Shown here: positions 45,048 to 55,187 of the stretch, piece after piece
Numbering within the stretch: position 1 is the stretch's first letter
Layout: the number at the start of each line of letters is the position of its first letter
Assembly: GCA_963745835.1 (NCBI GenBank)
Contig: CAVUZH010000013.1
Coordinates: 736,001 to 800,000, forward strand
Reading direction: 5' to 3'
Source: an uncultured delta proteobacterium
GTDB lineage: Bacteria; Desulfobacterota; Binatia; UBA9968
Length of the DNA stretch: 64,000 nucleotides
Made by a program: the position numbers and the translations under genes
Notes under the pieces: model-generated
Database searches by the model: none
Seen by the model: only the letters and a program-made list of their open reading frames with translations
What the model was told of the DNA's origin: nothing

Positions 45048-46592
45048 TTAAGTATCAATGATCAGCGATTGACCGGTCATTTCTGAAGGTTGGGGCAGTT
45101 CAAGGAGCTGCAACACTGTAGGCGCTACGTCGATCGCCGTTCCTTCCTTGAGACGACTTCGTTTGCGTTCCTCATCGACTAGGATAACCGGCACCCGGTT
45201 GATCGTGTGAGCGGTGTGCGGCATCCCTGTATCGTAGTCGATTAGCTGCTCGATGTTGCCGTGATCTGCGGTGATAACGACTCTCCCCTTCTGGCTCAGC
45301 GCCGCGTCCACTACTTTACCGAGGCATTCGTCGATGACCTCGCAGGCTTTTACCGAAGCCTCGAAATTACCGGTGTGTCCTACCATATCGGCATTGGCAA
45401 AATTGGCAATCACTAGGTTGATATGTTCCTCGGAAAACTTCTTCACCAGAGCCTCAGTAACCTGACGGGCACTCATCTCAGGTTTAAACTCATACGTCGG
45501 GACATCTTTCGGCGAGGGAATCAGAATGCGTTGTTCGCCGGGGAATTCTTTTTCTTCGCCGCCATTGAAGAAGTACGTCACGTGGGCGTATTTCTCTGTT
45601 TCGGCGATCCGTAGCTGCTTGAGCCCGTGCTGGCTGGCAACCTCGCCGAGAATCTTTCGCAATTCTCGGGGTGGATACGCTACCGGCACCCTGAACGTCT
45701 CGTCGTATTGGGTCATGGTTGTGTACGTCACCAGTTTCAGAGGGCGCGTGCGGGGGAATTCCTTGAAATCAGCATCGATCAGCGCCCGGGTGAGCTCACG
45801 TGCGCGATCGGCGCGGAAATTGAAGAATATAACGCCGTCGCCGTCCCTGATCAGTCCTTCCGGAACTGCGCTCCGGATCGCCGTGGGTAGAGCGAATTCA
45901 TCGGTCACGCCCTCTTTGTAGCTGTTACGAATAGCGTCCAGCGGCGAATCCGCGAGCTTGCCGTCGCCTTCGGTAAGACAGAGATAAGCCTTTTCTACCC
46001 GGTCCCAACGTTTATCCCGATCCATCGCATAATAACGGCCAATGAGGGTGGCGATCTTTACATCCGGCCATGCTTTCAACTTCTCATTCAGATCAAGAAT
46101 GAACTGCTCGGCGCTGTTGGGCGGTGTGTCGCGTCCGTCAAGAAACAGATGCAGATACACGGGTGCGGCCTTTTCGCGTTGGGCCATCTCGATTAACGCT
46201 TCCATATGGCGCTGGTGGCTGTGAACACCGCCGTCGCCGAGAAGCCCCATCAGGTGGAGCCGGCCACCTGCGGCTTTGGTCGTTCTCAAGGCATTCAAAA
46301 TGATCGGGTTCTTGTCGAAATTGCCTTCGTCGATGTCCTTGTGAATTAGCGTAAGGTCCTGATAAACGATCCGGCCGGCGCCGAGAATCATGTGACCCAC
46401 TTCGGAATTGCCCATCTGGCCGTCGGGAAGCCCCACGTCCAAACCGGACATTGACAGGCTCGAGGTTGGATAGTTGTGTAACAACGAGTCCATGTTGGGC
46501 ATCGACGCGTTGGCGATCGCGTTTCCTTCTTTCTTTGGATTAATTCCAAAGCCGTCCAGCACGACGAGAATAACGGGCTGATTGGTCGCCAC
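45048..46592 (-). CDS. gpmI: 2,3-BPG-independent phosphoglycerate mutase
   Basis: LDGFG, MGNSEVGH, GRYYAMDRD, ETEKYAHVT, DMVGHTG. Confidence 0.97.
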   Translation of the reverse strand: MATNQPVILVVLDGFGINPKKEGNAIANASMPNMDSLLHNYPTSSLSMSGLDVGLPDGQMGNSEVGHMILGAGRIVYQDLTLIHKDIDEGNFDKNPIILNALRTTKAAGGRLHLMGLLGDGGVHSHQRHMEALIEMAQREKAAPVYLHLFLDGRDTPPNSAEQFILDLNEKLKAWPDVKIATLIGRYYAMDRDKRWDRVEKAYLCLTEGDGKLADSPLDAIRNSYKEGVTDEFALPTAIRSAVPEGLIRDGDGVIFFNFRADRARELTRALIDADFKEFPRTRPLKLVTYTTMTQYDETFRVPVAYPPRELRKILGEVASQHGLKQLRIAETEKYAHVTYFFNGGEEKEFPGEQRILIPSPKDVPTYEFKPEMSARQVTEALVKKFSEEHINLVIANFANADMVGHTGNFEASVKACEVIDECLGKVVDAALSQKGRVVITADHGNIEQLIDYDTGMPHTAHTINRVPVILVDEERKRSRLKEGTAIDVAPTVLQLLELPQPSEMTGQSLIIDT

Positions 46593-46663
46593 AATTGTTT
46601 CCTTTCATTCTAACCTGCTACTGCTCGTGATCGCGACTGACAAGCAGGGCGAGCTTCGAAGAG

Positions 46664-47077
46664 TTATGGATGCTGCTCGGCGGCGATTTGAAATTGCTGA
46701 ACCAGAGTTGAGTACGGCTCGGGCAACGGAACCTTCGGCGCGTCGGCCCAGAGTCCGTCCAGGTCATAGAACTCGCGCACAGGTTGATAGAAAACATGAA
46801 CGATCACGTCGGCGAAATCCATTAACACCCAATGGCCTCGGCTTGTACCCTCGATCGAAATAACGGCAATCTCCGCTTCACGCGCGGCCTCTTGAATTCC
46901 CTGGGCAATGCTTTGGACCTGCCTGTCGGATCGGCCTGAACAAATAATGAAATAATCTGCGATCGAAGTGAAGTCTCGGACCTCTAACAGGACAAGTTGC
47001 GATGCCTTCTTATCCAATGCGGCGCCAATCAGCGTCAGGGCTCTTTCAATGGCGCTTTTCTCGGCCGGCTTGTTCAT
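46664..47077 (-). CDS. rsfS: Ribosome silencing factor
   Basis: DYFIICSG, WVLMDF.DVIVHVF, REFYDLDGLW. Confidence 0.93.
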   Translation of the reverse strand: MNKPAEKSAIERALTLIGAALDKKASQLVLLEVRDFTSIADYFIICSGRSDRQVQSIAQGIQEAAREAEIAVISIEGTSRGHWVLMDFADVIVHVFYQPVREFYDLDGLWADAPKVPLPEPYSTLVQQFQIAAEQHP

Positions 47078-47726
47078 TTTTTCTTTTGTAGAGCCCGTGA
47101 TTTTTGATGTAAGCCTCGACGCTGGAAGGCATCAGATAGCGGATTGATTTACCGCGCCGTACCCGTTCTCGAATATCCGATGCTGAAACGGCAAAGTCAG
47201 TGAGTTTTAAAAAATGCAGCGACGTACCACACCTATGCGTGTAGATCTTTCTCTTAAAATCATAACAAAACAGCCTACGCACGGCAATGGAAGTTCCCCG
47301 TAGCGGACTGGCATAACCGTTGCCTGGTCGCGACGTTACAATAAAATTACAGAGAGGAAAAATCTGCGCGAAATTCTTCCAGGTGCCGATCTCGGCAAAT
47401 GCATCCAGGCCGATAATAAAATAGAGCGCGGCACCCTTGCATTGATTTTCCGCGAAATGACGAATCGTGTCGATCGAGTACGAAACGCCCGGTCTTGCAA
47501 TCTCGACGGTCGAAACCGTGAAGCGGGAATTTTTGGCCACGCCCAAACGGACCATCTCGAGCCGATCGCGCGCTGGAGTCCGGGTTTGCCCTCTCTTGTG
47601 CGGTGGAATCGAAGCAGGAATAAAATAAACGCGGTCGAGATCGAAGGCTTCTCTGACCTCCTCCGCGCTCCGCAGATGGCCCCAATGGATCGGATCGAAG
47701 GTGCCGCCGAAGAGGCCGATCCTCAT
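47046..47726 (-). CDS. nadD: Nicotinate-nucleotide adenylyltransferase
   Basis: FGGTFDPIHWGH, PPHK, SYSIDT, IIGLD, SASDIR. Confidence 0.95.
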   Translation of the reverse strand: MRIGLFGGTFDPIHWGHLRSAEEVREAFDLDRVYFIPASIPPHKRGQTRTPARDRLEMVRLGVAKNSRFTVSTVEIARPGVSYSIDTIRHFAENQCKGAALYFIIGLDAFAEIGTWKNFAQIFPLCNFIVTSRPGNGYASPLRGTSIAVRRLFCYDFKRKIYTHRCGTSLHFLKLTDFAVSASDIRERVRRGKSIRYLMPSSVEAYIKNHGLYKRKNEQAGREKRH

Positions 47727-47865
47727 GGAAATTCGATATCGCCTTTCCCGGAACCGACCGAAGGAATCAAATCTACAAACCGCGCAAGGATTTGGCAAAT
47801 AAAGGCGTATCGGTGACTGACTTCCAAGAATCCATTTAGCGCGGAACTAGGCAAGTGGATGATAT

Positions 47866-49146
47866 TCATTCGCGAACCTGTCCGTCGCCGAATACAATAA
47901 ACTTGGTTGTCGTCAGTTCCTCTAAACCCATCGGACCGAACGCATGAATCTTGCTCGTACTGATGCCAATCTCGGCGCCGAGTCCAAGCTCTCCGCCATC
48001 ATTGAAGCGGGTCGAGGCATTGACCATCACGGCCGAAGAGTTGACCCGCTCGATAAACTCTTTGGATCTTCGATAATCCGTCGTAATGATGGATTCGGTG
48101 TGTTCCGAGCCGTACTGTTCGATATGAGCGATCGCCTGGTCGATGTCTTTGACCACTCGAACCGCAAGAATTAGATCGAGGTACTCAGTCGTCCAGTCCT
48201 CCTCGTTAGCCTTTTTGATGCCGGGAACCAGCGCACAGGTTTTGTCACAGCCGCGAATCTCTACCCCGGCGTCCCGGTATTTAGCGATAAGCGGCGGCAG
48301 AAATTCTGACGCGATTACTTCGTGCACCAGCAGGGTCTCCATAGCGTTACAAACTGACGGCCTTTGAATCTTGGCGTTCAGGCAAATCCGTTCGGCCATT
48401 TCGAGCTCGGCATCGACATCAACATAGACGTGACAAACGCCTTTGTAATGTTTGATGACCGGCACCTTGGAGTTGGCGACAACCGCGCGAATCAGTTCCT
48501 CGCCACCACGCGGGATAATCAGATCGATGTAAGATTCCAATTGCAGCATCTCGTGAACCAACGCACGATCTGTGGATTGGACAACCTGGATCGCATGTTG
48601 CGGCACCGTCGTTTCGGCGCATGCGGCTTGCAGCACCTTGCCAATTGCCTGGTTTGAATGGTGCGCCTCGCTTCCACCTCTCAGGATAACCGCGTTGCCG
48701 GACTTCAAACACAGCGCCGCAGCGTCGGCGGTTACATTGGGGCGGGCCTCGTAGATGATCCCGATGACGCCCAAAGGAATGCGCATCTTTCCGACTTGCA
48801 AGCCGTTGGGGCGGCGCGACATCTTAACTATTTCGCGCACCGGATCCGGCAACGCCGCAATTTCGCGCAGACCTTTGGCCATCGATTGTACGTGGCTCGA
48901 AGTCAGCGCAATTCGATCCAGAACCGCGCCGGTGATCCCTGCTTTCTTTGCAGCATTTAGATCATTCTGATTTTCATCGATTAAAAAAGCGCTTTGAGCC
49001 TCGAGCCCGTCGGCCATGAGTTGCAGGGCCTGATTCTTATCTTCGGAAGAAAGCACCGCGAGGCGACGCGCCGCAGCCTTGGCTTGCCTGCCCAGCTGAA
49101 TCGCTTGTTCGGTGAATGATGCGTCCGGCAATTTGTCTATGTTCAC
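47866..49146 (-). CDS. proA: Glutamate-5-semialdehyde dehydrogenase
   Basis: YEARPNVT, IIPRGG, VCNAMET, NASTRFNDG, GPMGL. Confidence 0.97.
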   Translation of the reverse strand: MNIDKLPDASFTEQAIQLGRQAKAAARRLAVLSSEDKNQALQLMADGLEAQSAFLIDENQNDLNAAKKAGITGAVLDRIALTSSHVQSMAKGLREIAALPDPVREIVKMSRRPNGLQVGKMRIPLGVIGIIYEARPNVTADAAALCLKSGNAVILRGGSEAHHSNQAIGKVLQAACAETTVPQHAIQVVQSTDRALVHEMLQLESYIDLIIPRGGEELIRAVVANSKVPVIKHYKGVCHVYVDVDAELEMAERICLNAKIQRPSVCNAMETLLVHEVIASEFLPPLIAKYRDAGVEIRGCDKTCALVPGIKKANEEDWTTEYLDLILAVRVVKDIDQAIAHIEQYGSEHTESIITTDYRRSKEFIERVNSSAVMVNASTRFNDGGELGLGAEIGISTSKIHAFGPMGLEELTTTKFIVFGDGQVRE

Positions 49147-50279
49147 AGCAACACCAAATCGTCGCGGTGGATAATCTCGTCGAATGGCTTGTAGCCGAGA
49201 GCTTGTTCAATCCTGCTTGTATGCAATCCTTTGATTTGATTCAACTCCAGCGCGCTATAGTTGATCAAACCGCGGGCAAACTCCCGCCCATCCACATCCA
49301 AGCAGCGTACGCACTCACCAACCCCAAAAGAGCCGCGCACCTCTCTCACTCCGGAAGGCAGCAGACTGGTTTTCTTTCGCACCAGAGCTTCGTGAGCTCC
49401 CGAATCCACAACCACCTCACCTGCGGGCTTTAGGTTGAACGCGATCCAATGTTTGCGATTGGTCAACCGGTTAGTATCCGGAAGTATTAGGGTTCCGACT
49501 TCTTCATTGCGATCGAACACGCGCGGAATCGTACCCGCCACCAGTCCGCTGGTTATCACAGTGGGGATGCCGGCCGCAGCTGCTTCTTCGGCGGCGGCGA
49601 TTTTGGTCGCCATGCCGCCGGTACCAAAGATACTTCGGCTAGAGCCGATCACTTTTAATCTAATTTCTTTGATGTCTTGAATCAGCGGAACGATAATCGC
49701 ATTTGAGTCTAGACGCGGATCGCGGTCGTAGACGCCTGCGACGTCGCTTAAAATCAGCAATAGATCGGCTTCCAGCAGAGTCGCCACCAGCGCCGAGAGA
49801 TGGTCATTGTCGCCAAACTTCATTTCCTCGATGGCAACGGTATCGTTTTCATTGACGATCGAAATGATCGACGATGCCAGCAACATCTGAAAGGTATGTT
49901 TGGCGTTAAGATAACGTTGGCGGTTGGCAAGATCTTCGTGGGTGAGCAGAACCTGCGCGACGTTCTTGCCGAACTTGGCAAAGGCGCGCTCGTATAGCGC
50001 CATCAATCTGATTTGGCCGACAGCCGCGAGCGCCTGTTTTTCGGGAATGCTCTGCGGCCGCTCTCTACGACCGAGTCGAGTCATGCCGGCTGCCACCGCG
50101 CCGGAACTGACCACGACGATTTCTTTGCCTTGATCGTGCAGCGCCGCCAGCTCAAATACCAGGGCCTCAAGCCGGGCTTCCTCTATGCCGGTTGAGGAAG
50201 AAAGAATCTGGCTGCCGATCTTGATCACAACGCGGCGCGCCCGGCGCAAAATTGATTTCTTATGATCGCGCTGCGTCAC
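49143..50279 (-). CDS. proB: Glutamate 5-kinase
   Basis: VIKIGS, SSGAVAAG, NENDT, FGDND, GTGGM.TK, PUA domain; GTG start inferred. Confidence 0.96.
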   Translation of the reverse strand: MTQRDHKKSILRRARRVVIKIGSQILSSSTGIEEARLEALVFELAALHDQGKEIVVVSSGAVAAGMTRLGRRERPQSIPEKQALAAVGQIRLMALYERAFAKFGKNVAQVLLTHEDLANRQRYLNAKHTFQMLLASSIISIVNENDTVAIEEMKFGDNDHLSALVATLLEADLLLILSDVAGVYDRDPRLDSNAIIVPLIQDIKEIRLKVIGSSRSIFGTGGMATKIAAAEEAAAAGIPTVITSGLVAGTIPRVFDRNEEVGTLILPDTNRLTNRKHWIAFNLKPAGEVVVDSGAHEALVRKKTSLLPSGVREVRGSFGVGECVRCLDVDGREFARGLINYSALELNQIKGLHTSRIEQALGYKPFDEIIHRDDLVLL

Positions 50280-51303
50280 CGGCTTCTTCTTCCTTAACGC
50301 GTTTGGCTCGCTCCAGCTGCATGCCAACCTTTTGCACCAGCGCCCTAACCCCCTCACCGGTCACCGCCGAGATCAAATGCAGTGGCCGATAAGAGTCCGG
50401 CAAGTTTTTTTCGAGAACCATTGCGTTCTCCCTCGCCTCGGGAATATCTATCTTGTTGGCAACGACGATTTGCGGCTTTGTGCCCAACTCCTCATCGAAA
50501 AGCGCTAATTCCCGATTGATGGTGGACCAGTCGGCCAGCGGATCCTTCGGATCGATCCTCGAAGCATCGAGCAGATGAATTAGCACACTTGTGCGTGTTA
50601 CATGCCTCAAAAATTTGTCTCCCAAGCCATGTCCCTGGTGCGCGCCTTCAATCAACCCTGGAATATCGGCCACTACGAAGCTTTTTCCCTCATCGTAGCT
50701 GACTACTCCAAGATTAGGGACCAGGGTGGTAAAGGGGTAGTCGGCAATTTTCGGCCGCACTGCGGAAATAACCGAGATCAAAGTCGACTTACCGGCGTTG
50801 GGGATGCCGATAATTCCAACGTCGGCCAACAGACGCAATTCAATTTCCAATTCGCGATCTTCACCAGGTTCGCCTGGCTGAGCAAACCTCGGGCTACGGT
50901 TGGTCGATGAAACGAAGTGCGCATTGCCTTTGCCGCCTCGCCCGCCGGCGGCGAGCACAACACGGTCGCCGGCCTTATCCAGATCGCCGATCGTCTCGCC
51001 GGTCCTGGCGTCGCGAACGATCGTTCCCACCGGAACTTTAACGATGAAGTCCTCGCCGCGACGCCCATGACAATCGCTGCCCATTCCGTGCTGGCCGCGA
51101 CCGGCCTTACACTCTTTGTGATAGCGGAGATCCAGCAAGGTCGTGAGCTGTGCATCCGCCATCGCGATGACATGGCCACCGGCTCCGCCATTGCCACCGT
51201 CGGGTCCGCCGCGGCTAATGAACTTCTCGCGATGAAAGCTGACGCAACCGCGTCCACCATCGCCGCCAATGACCCGTATCTTTGTCTCGTCTATGAATTT
51301 CAT
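50260..51303 (-). CDS. obgE: GTPase Obg
   Basis: GGPDGG, GIPNAGKST, YPFTT, DIPG, NKID. Confidence 0.97.
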   Translation of the reverse strand: MKFIDETKIRVIGGDGGRGCVSFHREKFISRGGPDGGNGGAGGHVIAMADAQLTTLLDLRYHKECKAGRGQHGMGSDCHGRRGEDFIVKVPVGTIVRDARTGETIGDLDKAGDRVVLAAGGRGGKGNAHFVSSTNRSPRFAQPGEPGEDRELEIELRLLADVGIIGIPNAGKSTLISVISAVRPKIADYPFTTLVPNLGVVSYDEGKSFVVADIPGLIEGAHQGHGLGDKFLRHVTRTSVLIHLLDASRIDPKDPLADWSTINRELALFDEELGTKPQIVVANKIDIPEARENAMVLEKNLPDSYRPLHLISAVTGEGVRALVQKVGMQLERAKRVKEEEAGDAARS

Positions 51304-51436
51304 GACCTGAATATACGTGAGCTGCAGGCGCCGACCAGGCGCGGCATAGAGGCGTAGAATAGATTACTGGATCACGTATGTTTTTCGAATACTTTACCCA
51401 TTCTCAAGTCGCCGCGCCACGCTGATATTATCGGCC

Positions 51437-51462
51437 AAAAAAAAAGCCCCTTTCGGGGCTTT
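51437..51462 (-). terminator. Intrinsic terminator after rpmA
   Basis: AAAGCCCC-GAAA-GGGGC hairpin followed by T9 on the minus strand. Confidence 0.85.
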
Positions 51463-51483
51463 AGAGTCAAGGCAGGCGAATTC

Positions 51484-51741
51484 CTACTGAGCAGGCAGCA
51501 CGTTTACTCGTTTGCGCGACCGATCCAATCGGTCGAAGTTCACCACGCCATCGATTAGCGCAAATAGAGTGAAGTCACGACCCATGCCCACGTTTCGGCC
51601 GGGGTGAATGCGCGTCCCAAGTTGGCGGATGATAATATTACCTGCGCGCACAGTTTCACCGCCAAAGACTTTTACGCCGCGCCGTTGTCCCTTACTGTCG
51701 CGCCCGTTACGGGAGCTCCCGCCAGCTTTTTTATGTGCCAT
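51484..51741 (-). CDS. rpmA: 50S ribosomal protein L27
   Basis: [16 protein letters not shown]. Confidence 0.98.
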   Translation of the reverse strand: MAHKKAGGSSRNGRDSKGQRRGVKVFGGETVRAGNIIIRQLGTRIHPGRNVGMGRDFTLFALIDGVVNFDRLDRSRKRVNVLPAQ

Positions 51742-51756
51742 ATCCGTTCCTATTTT

Positions 51757-52071
51757 CTAACCATCAATTCCGGTGATCTTGAGAGTAGTCTGGTGTTGCC
51801 GATGACCTCGTTGACGACTATAGCTCTTACGCCTTTTCTTCTTAAAAACCAGCACCTTCTTCGCTTTGGCCTGGCTGACAATCTCGCCGGTTACAGAGGC
51901 GTTCTCCACCAACGGCGAGCCGATTTTGGCATCGCCATTACCGCCGATGAATAAAACCTCAGCCAGGGTTATCTTTTCGCCTACCTCGCCGGTAAGCTTC
52001 TCGATTCTTACGAGATCCCCTTCAGAAACCCGGTACTGCTTTCCACCAGTTTTAATTACTGCATATTTCAT
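51757..52071 (-). CDS. rplU: 50S ribosomal protein L21
   Basis: [17 protein letters not shown]. Confidence 0.98.
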   Translation of the reverse strand: MKYAVIKTGGKQYRVSEGDLVRIEKLTGEVGEKITLAEVLFIGGNGDAKIGSPLVENASVTGEIVSQAKAKKVLVFKKKRRKSYSRQRGHRQHQTTLKITGIDG

Positions 52072-52188
52072 GGTTTTTCCCGAATCGTGTTTCTAGCGGA
52101 GATTCCGGCCAAAGTCAACAATATCGGGCCACGAAGACACCTCTCCTAACTCCTGAGACAACCAATGCCAAAAAATTTTAAGACGTAG

Positions 52189-52246
52189 TTGACAACGGCT
52201 CGACAGTTAAATATACATCGTAATACGATAGTATCGTGACACGATA
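52189..52246 (+). promoter_or_regulatory. Promoter with tandem palindromic operators for the MarR gene
   Basis: TTGACA at 52189; ATCGTAATACGAT (52217-52229) and TATCGTGACACGATA (52232-52246). Confidence 0.6.
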
Positions 52247-52266
52247 TTGTTTGATGATGGTGACCG

Positions 52267-52746
52267 GTGCCCGACTTCAAATCAATGGCCGAACTACGTT
52301 ACCAAATACGTAGGTTCCTCAGATTTAGCGAAAATGCCGCGCGCCAAGCGGGTATCGAGCCGCAGCAACACCAGTTGCTCTTGGCTATTAGGGGATTACC
52401 GCACGGTGCAAGTCCGACAATTGGAGTACTAGCCGAAAGAATGCAGCTGCAGCACCATAGCACGGTCGAGCTGGTAGACCGGCTGGTAGACCGAAACTTC
52501 TTATGTCGATTGCGCTCGACCAACGACCGGCGACAGGTGTTGGTCAAGCTAACCCACGATGGAGAGGAATTTCTGGAGAAGCTTTCGCTGCACCACTTGG
52601 AAGAACTTCAGTCAGCCGGACCAACCTTCGTGAAGGTCCTCAACAGCCTGATCGGCGCCAGCCACACTGACAAACCCGACTCCGCCTCTGAAGTAGTCAA
52701 GGAAACCGTGACCCATAAACCGCGAAAGGATAGAAACCATGGCTGA
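52267..52746 (+). CDS. MarR-family regulator
   Basis: QQHQLLLAI, LAERMQLQHHSTVELVDRL, DRR.V.V.LT..G. Confidence 0.9.
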   Translation: MPDFKSMAELRYQIRRFLRFSENAARQAGIEPQQHQLLLAIRGLPHGASPTIGVLAERMQLQHHSTVELVDRLVDRNFLCRLRSTNDRRQVLVKLTHDGEEFLEKLSLHHLEELQSAGPTFVKVLNSLIGASHTDKPDSASEVVKETVTHKPRKDRNHG

Positions 52747-53587
52747 TCAATCGGCTGAAGAACTATTGCTTGACGTAAGGGTTGCCGAAGCGTCGAAATT
52801 CTACAAGTTCTATTTAAATAATGAGCAGAAAATCCTTGGCACAGCAGGTGTGGTGACCTTCTTACTGGCCTGGGAACTCGTTGGAAATGTTTTTCAATTG
52901 ATCAATCCCATGTTTATGAGCGCGCCTTCGCTGATCTTCAAGGCCGCTATCGACATGTTTTCCTCTGGCGAGATATACAACGATCTCTATGTCAGCGGTA
53001 TCGAGCTCTTCTGGGGATATCTTCTCTCAGCTCTGGTCGCCGTCCCATTTGGTATCATGGTCGGCTGGTATAAGAGGGCGAGCTACATCTTCGACCCTTT
53101 CATCAACGCCATGAACGCGACGCCCCGCGTGGCGCTTTTGCCTCTGGTGATTATCTGGTTAGGCATCGGCATACTTTCGAAGGTCGGCATCATCTTTCTC
53201 GGCGCCGTTTTCCCGATCTTGATCAATACCCGCGATGGAGTCAAAACCACGCCGTATAACCTTCTCACTGCGGCGCGGAGCTTTGGCGCGTCGGAGTGGC
53301 TGCTCTTCAAGACGGTGGTGCTGCCTTCGACAATCCCATTTATACTTACCGGCATGCGACTTGGGCTGGGTCGGGCCATCGTCGGGGTCATGGTCGGCGA
53401 GCTTTACGCGGCTACCGCAGGCATTGGTTTCATGATCACGGTAGCCGGCGCTACTTTCCAGACCGATAAGGTCTTCGTCGGTGTGCTGATCTTCGCTTTG
53501 ACCGGTATGATCGGTATGGAGGTACTTACCCGAGTCGAGCGGCGCTTCGACAAGTGGCGCCCCAAAGTGGGTGCGCAGGAGATCTAG
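52739..53587 (+). CDS. ABC transporter permease (NitT/TauT family)
   Basis: TPRVALLPL..IWLGIG, AARSFGAS EAA loop, GIG. Confidence 0.9.
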   Translation: MADQSAEELLLDVRVAEASKFYKFYLNNEQKILGTAGVVTFLLAWELVGNVFQLINPMFMSAPSLIFKAAIDMFSSGEIYNDLYVSGIELFWGYLLSALVAVPFGIMVGWYKRASYIFDPFINAMNATPRVALLPLVIIWLGIGILSKVGIIFLGAVFPILINTRDGVKTTPYNLLTAARSFGASEWLLFKTVVLPSTIPFILTGMRLGLGRAIVGVMVGELYAATAGIGFMITVAGATFQTDKVFVGVLIFALTGMIGMEVLTRVERRFDKWRPKVGAQEI

Positions 53588-53621
53588 ATCCGAACCTCTA
53601 GGTAGCTTGTTCGCGCACTTC

Positions 53622-53654
53622 AAAGAGCCCCTCTGACGAGGGGCTCTTTTTTTT
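53622..53654 (+). terminator. Intrinsic terminator
   Basis: AAAGAGCCCCTC-TGAC-GAGGGGCTC followed by T8. Confidence 0.88.
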
Positions 53655-53748
53655 AACATTCGTCTATCCCGGTCCGCCAGCCTCTTGATGCCCCTCCTGC
53701 TGTTTGCCATTGTGAAGTCTAGATTTTCTGACTCACGAAAGGACCTAA

Positions 53749-54345
53749 ATGCATATTCATACACCAGGCTGGTACTTTCTTCGCCCGTATGTGGTCGTTT
53801 TAATACTAACTGCGACCGGGTGCGGTTATAACACCCTCCAGAGCCTGGATGAAGAAGTGAAAGGCGCCTGGGGAGAAGTTCAGAATCAGTACCAGCGTCG
53901 CGCCGATCTCGTGCCTAACTTAGTCGCGACGGTTAAAGGCGCGGCGAAGTTTGAACAGGAAACCCTGACACAGGTGATCGAAGCCCGCAGTAATGCAACG
54001 GCAACCAAGATCGATCCCGAATCGCTCAACAATCCTGAAGCATTTAAAAAGTTTGAGCAGGCACAGAGCCAGCTCTCCAGCGCTTTATCCCGTTTGCTCG
54101 TGGTGGTGGAACGATATCCGGAGCTGAAGGCAAATCAAAATTTCCAAAACTTGCAAGCACAGCTGGAAGGCACCGAAAACCGGATTGCAGTAGCTCGCAA
54201 GCGCTATGTCGAACGAGTGGCTCAGTACAACACTACTGTGCGCTCGTTTCCAACTAATCTCACGGCAAAGTTCTTGGGCTTAGAAGTTCGGCCGTCGTTC
54301 AGCGCCGATGAAGCCTCGCAGAGGCCGCCACAGGTAAAATTCTAG
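53749..54345 (+). CDS. lemA: LemA-family protein
   Basis: GCGYN, YQRRADLVPNLV, ERYPELKA, LEGTENRI. Confidence 0.93.
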   Translation: MHIHTPGWYFLRPYVVVLILTATGCGYNTLQSLDEEVKGAWGEVQNQYQRRADLVPNLVATVKGAAKFEQETLTQVIEARSNATATKIDPESLNNPEAFKKFEQAQSQLSSALSRLLVVVERYPELKANQNFQNLQAQLEGTENRIAVARKRYVERVAQYNTTVRSFPTNLTAKFLGLEVRPSFSADEASQRPPQVKF

Positions 54346-54365
54346 CCGTCAGGGCGATCAATACC

Positions 54366-55184
54366 TTGCGCGAATCTCCTCATGCCCGGATTGCGCTGCG
54401 CCGTCACGTCTCGGCGCAGCGTGGTGTTGCTTTTTGCGTCCTCCTGCTTTGCCTGCTATCGGCTCCGGCTTATCCTCTGGATGTGCCGTCGCTGCGCGGG
54501 CGCGTGAACGATTACGCCAAAGTTATTACAACGGATCAAACTCGCAAGTTGGAGGATCAACTTGCGCAATTTGAGCGGGACACGGGTCACCAGGTGGCGA
54601 TTTTAACAGTACCCTCGTTAGAGGGTGACTCGCTCGAAGACTTCAGTATCCGCGTTGCCGAGAGTTGGAAAATCGGCAAGAAAGGCTTCGACAACGGTGT
54701 CATTCTGATAGTCGTGCCGAAGGATCGGCGTTTGCGCCTGGAGGTCGGATACGGCCTGGAAGGCATTTTGCCCGATGCCGTAGCGAACCAAATCATCAGT
54801 CAGTACATCATTCCACGTTTCCGCGCCGGTGATTTCTCGAGCGGCATTGTCGCAGGTATCGACGCTGTGCTGAGAGTGATCAAGAGGGAACCGCTTCCGG
54901 AGACCGCCCGGCAGAAACCCGCCAATCCATCGGGATCAGGGTTCGGTTCACTCACTGGCTTGGTACTGCTCTTGGGGCTTATAGCCGTCATGTCGATGGC
55001 CTCTAATTCAAACCGCCGAAGGAAAGGCATATGGGCGACCCGCGGCAGGCACTATCCGCCGATTTTCTGGGGTGGCGGTGGTTTCGGCGGGGGTGGATTC
55101 GGCGGCGGCGGAGGCTTTGGTGGCGGCGGTTTCGGTGGCGGTGGCGGCGGCTTTGGCGGTGGCGGAGCTTCCGGCAGTTGGTGA
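54366..55184 (+). CDS. TPM-domain (YgcG-like) protein with Gly-rich tail
   Basis: RVNDYA, WKIGKKGFDNG, EVGYGLEG, GGGGASGSW; start uncertain. Confidence 0.9.
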   Translation: MRESPHARIALRRHVSAQRGVAFCVLLLCLLSAPAYPLDVPSLRGRVNDYAKVITTDQTRKLEDQLAQFERDTGHQVAILTVPSLEGDSLEDFSIRVAESWKIGKKGFDNGVILIVVPKDRRLRLEVGYGLEGILPDAVANQIISQYIIPRFRAGDFSSGIVAGIDAVLRVIKREPLPETARQKPANPSGSGFGSLTGLVLLLGLIAVMSMASNSNRRRKGIWATRGRHYPPIFWGGGGFGGGGFGGGGGFGGGGFGGGGGGFGGGGASGSW

Positions 55185-55187
55185 TGG

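Noticed and set aside
55069-55175. GGCGGT/GGTTTC tandem repeats
   Set aside because: They encode the normal Gly-rich tail of the TPM-domain protein.
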